Source: Trichoplax sp. H2 (Eukaryota). From it: a stretch of DNA of 64,000 bases. Both the position numbers and the translations under genes were made by a program. The stretch lies in NCBI GenBank assembly GCA_003344405.1, contig NOWV01000027.1, forward strand, positions 248,001 to 312,000. The letters run 5' to 3'. The notes beneath the pieces were generated by a model. That model was not told where the DNA came from. It was given only the letters and a program-made list of their open reading frames with translations, and searched no databases. Below, one piece after another: positions 26,415-38,720 of the stretch. The stretch's first letter is position 1, and each line of letters starts with the position of its first letter.

Positions 26415-27731
26415 ATGGCAACAGCCACGATGACGTAATGGAGTGCAATACGACCACTCTGCGTCTCAAGTCCGTCTGTTACCACATTGCTCACTTCGGC
26501 AGGCATTAACTGGTTTATTAAATCTTCAACCAAGTCTTGCGTTGGCCCTTAGGTATATCACCAATATGGCCTATGAATCTGAAAGCAATAAAGGTAAGCA
26601 AGAATAGTAAATGTATAACATGGACTATACTGGATGGATGCCCGTAGAGGAATGATGTTTTTGTAGTATACTGTAAAATAAAATAGGCTCTACTAAAGTG
26701 ACTATAGTATAGTGTAGGCACCTGCAGAGTGCATTGAATGAACTGGTTATATTTTCTGTTTTATGAATCGATGAATCAGAAATAATGATCAACGATAGTT
26801 CTAGTGTAGAGTCGGATAAAATTATCTCACAATTTATTGTGGCTGCTGTACTGTAGTTACATGATGCCGCCGACACCTCCTCCTAAAGGTAGTAAAATCA
26901 CAACAGCGATTGTTACAACTTGCTTGTGATCGAATGATTATGTTAGTGTATACGTAACTATTCTGTAAGGACAATGATTTTGGAAAAGTCTACGCGACAG
27001 CAGGCCATCTCCCAAAATATTGACACGCCTAAACCTCTATCTATCATATTGATAATTTCAATTTTGAATTTCTCATCTTGTTCCTGACATTATACTGCTG
27101 AATTCCAAGTATATCTACGCGATTCAAGAATGATTGTCGAGTAGAAGATGAGAGAAATACGTAAACGTAACTGCTGGATACTAAAATTAAATTGTACGAG
27201 TAAATGCAAGTGTTGAAATTACCTAATCTGTACAATCATAAAGGATCCTATGGTACAGTGCAGTCAAATTATATCCACCACAGTAGTAAATGAGTGTTTG
27301 ATTGTACATGTGTAGTCTAGAGAACTGTACAGTACAGTACCATCAACCAACCTTGATACGAGTATATTGCAATACCTTGAGGTTACCGATAAAAAAATAT
27401 AGCTGTACTACCTCTACGAGTATACCGTAAGAGAAGCACACTGGATATGCATACTACTCTTAGAATCTTTCTCCTTCTGTATCAGAACTATTTTAGTGGC
27501 ATGAATTACCACTAATGTTACCATACTTTCACGTAATAACAATTTTTGTCTAAATGTAGTCACTAATCAGTACCATAACATAAAGAGACTTTCTACACTA
27601 ATCAGCTTAGAGCATAGATACTGACTACTATTAGACATTCTATCAAAACAAACAACAGTAATATTTTACCAACTGGTTTAGCGCTACTCAGATAATTCCC
27701 TGATAGATTGGATATTTATTATCTTTGCTAA

Positions 27732-28985
27732 ATGAATACTATAGCAGTATTACTAACATTGACGTGTATCTATTTATACGTAGTTCACATTCGCAATTAC
27801 ATCAATCCTGCTGATGGCGAATTCGGATTTGGTACAAATACTTTATTCAAATATTATGAGAGAAAGGTCTACGGATTAAAAAAATGCTGGAAAGAAGAGA
27901 CAGAACTAGCAATACAGAATCAGCAGTTGTATCTACAATTCAACGATGCTACCTTTTATCCCGACCCATTACCAATTGATAAAGGCGTCCTAGGCTATTT
28001 TATATCTTTTACTATTAACATGGACAACTATCAAGGGCAGAAAATCGACTATGTTGAAAGTACTTATCATGATATTGATTCTTTTATCGATGGTCGACAT
28101 TTAACAGTACGTCGGTATGAAGCTCGTGTCAAAGGTTTAATGACTCCAAATCCGATTCCAATGTGTGCTGCTCAAACTTATATCACTAAATTAGTCAATC
28201 GAAATCCCAAAGTACTTAAATGTATCGTTGTTGATAATAATGGTAATCGAGTATTAATTCAAGGCACTCTGTTTCGTGGTCGAGAATTATATGTATATGG
28301 GCAAAAAGATGCCGGTGAGCCATTTGATAGCTTTGAAAAAGTACCAAAAGTTGATCTAACTCATCAAAAATCGAAGCTTTCTAGAGATGCTAGTAGAGCA
28401 CCTTATATTAAAGATTATGTAGATCCAAAAGATGGCAAGTTAGAGTATAGTAACAATACAGTCTATCGTTACTTTGAAAGGCAAGTGCATGGATTAACTG
28501 GATCATGGGAGGAAGGAACTGAGGACGCAATTACTAATGGTAATTTATTCTTAAACTTGAATGGCCGGAAAATATTTCCCGATCGGCGTAGGATTAATAG
28601 AGGTATTCGAGGCTATTACGTCTCATTTACCATCGATATTGATAAAGAACAAGCGCGTAATATTACTTACAACCTTATTACCAAATCTAACGTTGATCAA
28701 TATCAATATGAAGCAGTAGCGGAAGGATTATGGACACCCAATCCCATCCCAAAGATTTTTATTAGGAACTATTTAAGCAAACTTACTACTTTAAATATAT
28801 CTGGTATTGGGTACATGATAGCACCTAGTGCAAAATCAATCAAAATTAAGAATATAGAATCACTTGCTGATAACCTTATGGTCTACGGTGACGAAGAAGC
28901 TGATATAGTGACAACCTCTGCTAGCAATAACATATACCGCCATGCACCTCCTCTACCTCCGGATTACAACGAGTTATATGACTAA
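27732..28985 (+). CDS. Uncharacterised protein with two copies of an approximately 165-aa domain and a C-terminal PPxY motif; true 5' end probably in an upstream exon
   Basis: 417-codon ORF with a clear internal duplication. An acceptor at 27783 is in frame with the short upstream exons 26566-26593 (MAYESESNK) or 26861-26888 (MMPPTPPPK). Confidence 0.85.
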   Translation: MNTIAVLLTLTCIYLYVVHIRNYINPADGEFGFGTNTLFKYYERKVYGLKKCWKEETELAIQNQQLYLQFNDATFYPDPLPIDKGVLGYFISFTINMDNYQGQKIDYVESTYHDIDSFIDGRHLTVRRYEARVKGLMTPNPIPMCAAQTYITKLVNRNPKVLKCIVVDNNGNRVLIQGTLFRGRELYVYGQKDAGEPFDSFEKVPKVDLTHQKSKLSRDASRAPYIKDYVDPKDGKLEYSNNTVYRYFERQVHGLTGSWEEGTEDAITNGNLFLNLNGRKIFPDRRRINRGIRGYYVSFTIDIDKEQARNITYNLITKSNVDQYQYEAVAEGLWTPNPIPKIFIRNYLSKLTTLNISGIGYMIAPSAKSIKIKNIESLADNLMVYGDEEADIVTTSASNNIYRHAPPLPPDYNELYD

Positions 28986-30830
28986 CTTTGCTCTGTTTTA
29001 CTTTACCGCAATTTATTCCAACTTCTTAGGTTATTTCGATACGTTATTCACTGCTATAACAGATTTGAATATTGTCACATATTCCTTCTGTTGTACTCAT
29101 CATTCAGTTATAACAGAAATTAGTTAATAAACCTGGGCTAGAATATCAAGATCATTGCTATGATTACAATACTCACATTTCGATAATTAAATTATGGTAG
29201 ATATACGAAGTGTACAGATCTAACCAAATTTGCAACACTTGCGATTATTGTAAAGATGACGTTTATATGACAATATTAATATAAATTAATTTATCCTGAC
29301 TACGTTACGTATTTATTATATTAGAGCTATTTATGTCCCTATATCAAACTTCAGAAATTAATTCTTAAAGATTGTTACGACTATTACTTCGTCTTCATGT
29401 TGGGATAAACTTAAGAATTATATTACAATTTGCTTAATGTACTAGATATTATATCTCACGTGTATATACGTAATATTATACCTAATATATTTCAGATGAT
29501 TGTTTCAATAATTCTAAAAATAGTTAAAATTATAAACTTTATCGACTTAATCTCTCTTATTATAAAAATACTTTAACTGATATAAATGGATTGATTTATT
29601 CGATGAAATTTCAGATTGACGATTAAAATTTAATAACTTTTCGCTTTAGCTATGCTTGTGTAATAATTTCTTTTCTTATAATACACGTAGCTTCTGCCAT
29701 GCTTTACAACAACTGCTTTACAGCTCTAAAATCAAATTTGACTATAATTCGCTCTCATATGCGATTTAAAAATAAATTCCTTTACGCAATACTCCAGTTC
29801 TCGTATTTGAGTCAACGTCTAGCATAAATACATTTGATATGTCTCTTTACAGATTTGATAATAGTAACTCTAATTTTATGTATCGTGCACGGTATCTAGA
29901 TATATTTATATCAGTCAGGGTAGCCTTACTCAATTAACCAGTGATATCTACTTATTAACATCAATTTAGTTCCAGTAGCAGAGAATACAGAAATAATTAA
30001 ATCTGTCTCCTCATATAATTAATCAGGTTATATGTTTAGCCTTATACTAGATTTCATTATACAGTATAATCATCACAATTTGTATTAACATGGTTAAATC
30101 ATAATATAGTATACTAGGGATTAATCATGGGCAGTTATTACCTTTTAATCTCATTTTAAAGAGGAGTACCATTAGCTATTATTCTAGACTATCTAGAATG
30201 CATATAATATACTACAAGAAAATCTTTATTTTGGCGTAGATGCTAAACATAAGTATTGAATAATTTAAAAGCTAAAGGTGTTAAAATTTTGCCAAAGTCT
30301 TTGTTGTATAAACGGAATAAAGTTTAAAAATTTATACAATTTCTTAGTACCATAATGGCAGTAATTACAGTTTGGCAGGCCTTCAATACATAATATAAAA
30401 GAGCTAGCAAGTGTCCAGTAATTAAAATCCGGATCCATATAAACAAGTGATTTAATTGTTCATTACTCTAATTCATATTCGCTTAAAACTAAAAAGTATT
30501 ATAATGATAAATATTAAAAATAAACTCGGATTATTTAATATCATTATAAGACAAAAAGTTACTCATAAATTCATATTTTAGTATAAAAATGTCATTCGCA
30601 AAGTATTACATCCAGCTATTTAAATGACTGTTCCTTAGATGGGAATGTGATATCCTATCCAACTTATAGATTTCATACATTAATATGATAGTTACTTCCA
30701 AATCTATTTATTAGAAAAGAAATTGTAGTCTTAAATAGACAATTAATAGCCATTACAATCCTAAGCATGACACTTCTGTACAAGTAAAATAGGTTATACC
30801 TTGAAATGTGTTCTATGCAAATCAGTATTT

Positions 30831-30913
30831 ATCCTTACCTGACTATGATAATTAGCGGTATACCTACATTAATTAGTATAGCTTGCAAATAAGATGGTGG
30901 CATTCTAGTTCCA
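30831..30913 (-). pseudogene. Relic exon fragment of a third CRT-like paralog
   Basis: Encodes GTRMPPSYLQAILINVGIPLIIIVR followed by a GTAAGGAT donor. Closely matches the end of exon 1 at about 34996-35075. The rest of the gene was not found. Confidence 0.8.
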
Positions 30914-32700
30914 CGGGATGTTGTTTAAATGAGAAAAACAAATTATTCGAATTGACATGACATGAAAGCCCTAGAGCAAAAAATGGCGCTTGTTCCAACC
31001 ATAATGCCCTTTACATGTCTCTAGTACAGTATTACATAAAATAATTAATTCTACCAAGATTTTTATTACCCTCGAGAATCACTGAGTGTATAGTATAGGG
31101 ATGAATGCGAGTGGCTAACGTTATAGTTTCTTCTACATTGACGTGATAACCATGAAAATATAACACTGTCAACTATTTATTTGATCTCTTTATAGTAGTC
31201 CGCGTATTATGATCTATAGATGATGCTCTTAAGAATGGTGGACTACCCTCTGAAAGCGCTATTCGCGCTACTGATCTAACTGAATTAAGTAATAACTAAT
31301 TTACACGATATATTCACAGAACGGATATAAAGTATATTTCGTACTGATAGCGAAGTGGTTTAGGTGTTGAAATAGTATAAACAACGATTTATTCGAAATT
31401 CATATGCAGATACGCAATATTTGACATATATTATCTATATCAAATCAGCACGTAACTGGCCGTTTTGATTCGTATTTGGCAGGTATTGATAGTAGGTCAA
31501 TATAAGCAACACATACCTTGATCTTTAAAGGCTCGAAACTTTTCCAGTTCATAGATATGTTTTTATACCACTCATCGAATAAAACACGGTTTAACAGGAT
31601 TTCTATGGAAATCAATAACGTTATAAGTTATAAAATAAATTATCGGAAATTGTTCTGACGTGGTGGCTAAAATTTTTGATTGTTAATTCCTATTGTAAAT
31701 TGTACCCAGTTGCATATAATATCTGAGTAATGTATTATTATGAATTAATTATCGATGATCTTCATATTGCAACTATTACTGAGCAGTAAACTAATGCTGA
31801 ACTACAGTAAACACTGCTCTTGCATAGTTTATTTAATCTTCACCTAATTGACCTTCTGCAGTAAATAGATAATTTCAGGGAGCAGCTTCGTTCACGCGAC
31901 GGAGAATACAATAATAATTGAATCTGACTATTTACATGTTCGATAATAGGTATCGTACAGTATATTACTGCATACTCCTTATTTTACTCTCATAATATAT
32001 TTTATCATACAATATGATATCAAAATTGCATTAAAGATAAAATTAGAATGTATTCAGAATTACTACCAAAGAACGGTACTCTATACCATTAATGGAGAGT
32101 ATCTACAGCTGTTCTTGAAGATTAAATTAATGTAAATTTAATAATAACAGCGAATCTTTAATTTAAGATAAATGTGAAACATCAGAATTTAATTGATTTA
32201 AAAATTAAAGATTATAATTAAAATTTTGTGAGTCTTTATTGTTAGAAAAAATCGAATTAAACTGTAAAATATTCATTAAAGAATTGGGATAGCTGTAATT
32301 AAAATAATGCAAGCTCTCGTTTTATGATACAAAAAGTCGTCGTTTGCAGTCTAATGACTAAAATCTGGATCGATAGACAATAATTTTTAAATTTATTATC
32401 TATATCCAATTGGATAAAATAAAAACTACCACTGGAATAATTATATAGGATAAACTATGATTGTAGTTGCAGACACAAGAATTATTTTCGAATCCATGCT
32501 CTAGTACAGAAAGTTTTTTTACAAGGAATGTCATTAGCATCCGAAGAATTGCACCTTAAGTAGAGATATAATTTCCTTTAAAGTCTTTAGATTCGTACAT
32601 ATCATGATTGATAGATACTTTTAAATCGGTTCATTAGGAAAGAAGATTATAATGATTTGTTAGATAGTTTACACAAAACTACTGTAATTAGCTGAAATCA

Positions 32701-35488
32701 CTACAGTTTATCATATCCCATCAAGGAAGCGGTGGAATCAGTATCATCGCGGTTAGTCATATCGATTTCCTTTTTACTATAGTCAAGAAAATTAATGAGT
32801 GATTAATAAGCTTTCAAAAATGGAACCCACAACATCTTTTAGTAATACTGCAAATATCTCAATCAAATAGAATTTATGCATGAAGCAATACAATTTAACT
32901 AAAATAGCTAGCAATCTCTAAATCCCGAGATATCCTACCCCATATTGTAGATAATCAAAGCTGGAAACATGACGATTATACCAGCAAGGCTAAACCAGGT
33001 TGTATTAGAAACGTGCGGATGAAACATGAATGGCTCTTCTTGAAATAACGTCCAAAAGATGAAACCAATCGGTGTTACTAACGCCTAATAAACGAGCAGT
33101 ATTATCGTAAATATGAGCTTATAAAGTTATTTGTAATTATATATTGCAACAATTATTTCTATAACTCAAAATGGTACTTTGATTTATCAATTCGTGCTTG
33201 GTAGCCTAATAATTTCGTACATATTCATAGTACGAGATTAAAATTCACAATTATGAATATTTTATGCACCGTTAAACTTTCTCTATTGTAGCATCGCTTG
33301 TCTTACAGTTTATAATATAATAAAATGGACATACAAGGCTTCCAGGTTCTAATATGTAATGATTACTTACGCCGACAATAGCCAACAGAGTTGCTCCTTC
33401 TGCATAACGCATTAATAAGCTACCACCAATGTAGTTTATAATGTAAAAGAGGATAAATGAGGTTCCTCTTAGTCCAGGTGCAGCTGAACAACCAGAACCG
33501 CCAAAAAAGCATGATAACCCGAAGGCATAACTTAGGAATAGAAAATAATAATGACTTTAGTAACACTGATCATCGTAAATTGTATACTGTAGCGAATCAA
33601 GTATTGAAAAGATAGAATACGGTTATTATGGAACAGAATCTGGTAATGTAAATATTCATATAATCGTAATAAATCTAACAAACTAGAATTAAAGTTAAAT
33701 ATTTTAATGTTAGATACATAACTAACAGCTGATCTGTTTACGTTGGATTATGGCCAATATTATTTAATATTTTATCATTTTGGTGGGCACCAGATGTTCA
33801 ATAATGTCGCAGATGCAGCAATTAGATATTATCGTTGCAGTGTACTGTACACTATACAGCATGTCAGTTGAGTATTTCTATGATATTATCATTACCTTCG
33901 ACCAAATGTTTGAATGTCTGGCTGATTGCCGTAAAATGGTAGAAAATCAAGCCAGAAAAAGAGGGCCACGGTCACTAGCTGATAAAATGATGTCCAGGTT
34001 AAATACCATATAGCATTGACACGCTTTTCATTTGGACTTTTCATCTTTAAACCAGCTTCTTCATAAGCATTCATAAAGGCGGCAGGTATCTTACGATAAT
34101 AAAAATTTAAAATTAACTAAGGCAGGCTTACTATTGCGAGCTATTGTGTTAATTAGTCAATTATAGCTTAATTAACTTTCATAAAAATCTTTGCTTTTCT
34201 TGAGCAATTGAAATATTATGTAAGCTAGAGTTACAGTACTCACAAATCCAATCATAAAGATAATAGGCCAAATAATTGCTGCAGCACCAGTAGCAGCATG
34301 AGGCAAATGATGTTGTGCTTTACCATTGATGGAAGGAAAGATCTTAGGTATAAGGCAAATAAACAGACACAACATAACAACCACGGTGCAAATCAATTTT
34401 TTCAGTGTTGGCTTCTTATGCAACAACAGGTATCTGTTCAATAAATTCAATTTTCGAATTGTAACTATTTTTATAGATTACAATAATCAGGGTTATTATT
34501 ATGATAACATGTTGCCTATAATGACCAGCACTATATGAGCGATGTTTAATGTTTTCTGCATATTCTATTTACAAGTATGATGACACATGAAAATGTTCGA
34601 TCCTATGGGCGATAAAGCAATTACTAACTCCGTAGATACTATTGCTATTACTCTATTAAGCTAACTATTTTGAATTTTGTTATTATTCTTCAACGACTGG
34701 TTAGAACGGCATAAAGATGAAAGATGATTAAGACCAATAATGCAAAGTGGGATACACTAACTAATCGGTTATCATCCTCGTTAACTAGCAGCCTTAATAT
34801 ATTTAATCTTCACCAGCAACAATATTCCTATCACTGATTCGTAAATTTTTAATAGCTAATAATAAAAGTATAGTAAACTGTGTACTATGATCAATTCAGT
34901 AGATGATATTCTATTAGTACGGTACTATCTCTATATCATTACATAAACAAAAAGCCTATACTTTAAAATGGTGTATCCATCAAATAAATTAATTTATCCT
35001 TACCTGACTATGACAATTAGAGGTATAGAAACGTTTTGTAATATAGCTTGTAAATAAGGTGGTGTTCTCGTTCCACTACTAGCAAAAACTACTAATAACC
35101 CATTAGCAGCATCAAAACCACCAACAACGATTAGGTTTTTACGAGGAAAATTTCTTTCAGCTTCGCCAATTTCACCCGGTTTGATAAACTTTATAGCTAA
35201 CGTTATTGCTCCGAAAAAAATAACGTAGCAAAAAGAAGCGAATGACACGACGAAATAGCTATCCATAGATAGATGGGTGTGATTGCCATTTTCAGTTATA
35301 TTATCTATATCATATGAAGCATTATTTTTCGCTACTTGTTCAGTAGCATCGACCCATAAAGGTAAAGAAATAAGTTGTCCACTTTGGCCAATAACAGATA
35401 GAGCAGCAAAAAAGATATTGGCTAGCAACAGGTTGCATCGAACTGGTCCTAAAGCGAGTTGTTTCTTTCTACTATTTATTAGTACCAT
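32701..35488 (-). CDS. CRT-like (chloroquine-resistance-transporter-like, DMT superfamily) membrane transporter, paralog A
   Basis: Multi-TM exons: GQLISLPLW, FASSGTRTPPYLQAILQNVSIPL, WPIIFMIGF, WTSFYQLVTVALFFWLDFLPFYG, YAEGATLLAIV, ending GYDKL*. Family assigned from recall of CRT-like proteins. Confidence 0.78.
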
Positions 35489-38400
35489 ATTAACTCAAGT
35501 GATTGTATCGAAATATCCCTAGATCAAGCTAGTCTTACTGATGTTATTGTTTTTTTCTAGTGAGAAAAGAAAATGTCCTATCAAAATGATATTAATTAAA
35601 GCAAAAAAAACCGGCTCGTTTTGCCTTGTTGTAATAATAATTGACAGCTTTTTACGCCAGTAGTATAACAAAAGGCAAATAATAATTTATTCTAACGATA
35701 TTATTGACATGCACGATATCTAACGGGTGTTTAGATAGCTAGTATGCTCGCAAATAAGGCGTTATGGCCAACACTACCGCTATTATATTCACGTGATGCT
35801 CATGAGAGATATCATCCTATCAACTGTTCGTTTAATCTCTTTCTTTTAATTTATTTATACCCATCAATTAATAATGCACTCATGAATGGTGCACTATCCT
35901 TACAACGCAATATTTACGCTTCGGATCAAAGTAAATCAAATGATGGCTAGTTTGCGCTATGCTCGTATATTTGTAAAGCATTCGTGCGAGTATGGCAACA
36001 ACGTGAAACATTACGCTTAATAACTCGCTTTATGATATAAAATCCCGGGCCTCTATACCTTTTTATAGTAACTAGGAATTTTTATTAGTGTCGAAAGCGC
36101 CTAAAAGTCAGGTAGTAAATTTATAGCTAATAGCCCAATTAGTACGGTGATCTTGAAGCTTTGAAGGACATAGATATCTGATTACTAATACAAGTCAGTT
36201 AGATTACATTATGTCTATTCACACAATCATCAAGGCATATTATATAATCTAATATGAATTAGTCGCAATCATATATTATGGCACAAGATGTGTAAAGAAC
36301 AGTATAAACTTGTAGTACAGCCCCAAATTAGCCCACGATTGTAAGATTGTGTAAATGTATATTTGTAGATGATGATTACAGTACGTATGGTAGTAATTCT
36401 GCCGACATATTTATTGATATTAAGATTCCGAGATAAATATAGCTTGGTTTAAGTATGTTAGTTCTGTGAGATTTACATTGTGACGCTTAATTAGAGGCGC
36501 AAATTATGAATAGATGAGGCGATAGTAAATTTAGAACTGATCTTGCTACTTAATTGGCAAGACATGATTGTGTTAAGGAAAAGTCATTCTGTCGCTGATT
36601 GCATACGCGTATATAAACGATGTATTATCCTGTAATAGTCTAGATAGTCTAATTGCAAGTAGATAGCCCTTCGTGGTTGCAAGATGAGCCAAATATATAC
36701 AATAAAGTAAAATTTACAAGAAATTGTAGTTCTTCTTTTATTTATTTTGAGAAGACACTTTATCACAGAACTATATCTCATAATCTAAATAAAACATGTC
36801 ACTAAACATCGCTAAGCTACACTATAGTGAAATAGCACCGTGACAGTGCGATATCTTATATAATTTATAATGATAGCTAAATGGCTTGTATATTTAAGCT
36901 GAATTTTATAGAATTAACAGTAGGACAGATTATTGATAAGATTGTTTTCATTATGGTATGGTAATCGATGCCAGACTGTACCTTATACAATTTATATGCT
37001 AGTATTAAAGCCTTCATGTTTCTATAGCTAATAAACCTAAAGAAAATAACTTTAGTATCGAGATTACAATAATTTCTATAGTTTAAAGTATACAAAAATC
37101 TGCATTTCTTTTCCGAAATTTTCCAGTTCTATAGATAATAATGTTAGTATCATGTTCGTGTCTACTGTAATTATGGAATTTTCTGTTTATAGGTACTGGA
37201 TAGTAATTACTAGGTTCAATTTTAAACAAATAGAGATAGTTGGTGTTTTATCGGATAAGAAATTCGAGTTTCTTCATCTTGAAGAACAATATCAATACAT
37301 CGCATATACCAGTACTTTCCATGATTTGCAATAATCTGTTCGTATATACGCGTAAACTGCTATGTTTGCTTGGCCATATACCTTCAAGCATTACGTAAAC
37401 AATATGAACTTTCTGCGCAGTAACTTGGAATAACTAGCTATATCGATGACTATTGGCATGGACATAGTAAGATATTAAGACTATTTAAAAAATTGAAGGG
37501 TTCAGTAATACTGTAATGAGATTCCATTTCCGTTCAGACTATGAACAGGTATAAATACCTTACATAATGTCTTGTGTACCGATAGTAAATATTTTCAATT
37601 AAGAGCGATTTTGATAAATTAAAGTGCAGAATTTTAAAACTAGATATGGGAGCCAAACGATATTTGACTTCTTGATTTAGCTGAACTCTAATCTCCGCAC
37701 ATTTATAGACTGTTATACATGTGCCAGTATATTTCAAGCTAATATATATATATAAATTTTATATTATAATCTCATTTAAAGATGCCATATCGTATTGTGA
37801 TTAAAAGTATGTCTCTATAGCTTCAGAAAGTACGGCTTAGGTTTTAACCGAGTTATTTCTAGCTCAGTACTGTAATCATTTGATTTAGGTATATAGTATT
37901 GGTAAGTGTCATATCACTCAATACAAACCTTCCTGAAATACTATATCACTTCTGGATATATATTAAAATACTAGAAATTATCGATAACTAATCCATAATA
38001 GTTATACATGTTGCTCATATAGTATCACCAATATCCATTAGCTCGTCGATATAGTTTGAAATCCCTATTTCATATTGAACAAATTGGACCCGGATAACTG
38101 TAAGATCGAAAATATTTATGCTCCAAGAAAATTTATAGCATTAAATAATGGAATTATTACTATGGAAATATTATCAAACCACTCAGGTAAAATCTGTTCG
38201 GAGTAACTTGATGGTCAGATAGCATCATTGCCTAGCTATGCTAACGAGCCGTAGAAATTTATTTACCTGCTACTATAGATTAAATTACATTACATCAAAT
38301 AACTTGACAGGAAAGGTTATACTGTACTGAAAAGCATTTATTAGGAAGAAAAATAAACAAAATGAATCACGATTATGATAATCTGTCTCACATGATCTAT

Positions 38401-38720
38401 TTTCTATACAAACCCTAAAAAGTCATTGTAGATCAAGCTATTTTGTTGACAATATGATCTATATATATTTATTCCATCGTCTCTTACAATTTATCCTTCA
38501 TATTCATTAATTATATACACTAACAGAGTATAATTTCCTATTGTCGTGTTACTGCTTTAATCTATATTCAATGTATTGAACTCACTTGCCTTCTCAATTA
38601 TAAAATACAATGTTGACTTTATGATCATTCCTTAAGTACTACTTAGTTTATAATCTATGACTTTACTTACTTTAAGTTTATCGTGAACGAATGAAATTTA
38701 TATACCAGCCGATATAAAAT

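Noticed and set aside
35744..37737. Several 60-72 aa ORFs between the CRT-like genes
   Set aside because: No recognisable motifs or splice-consistent structure; expected by chance in AT-rich DNA.
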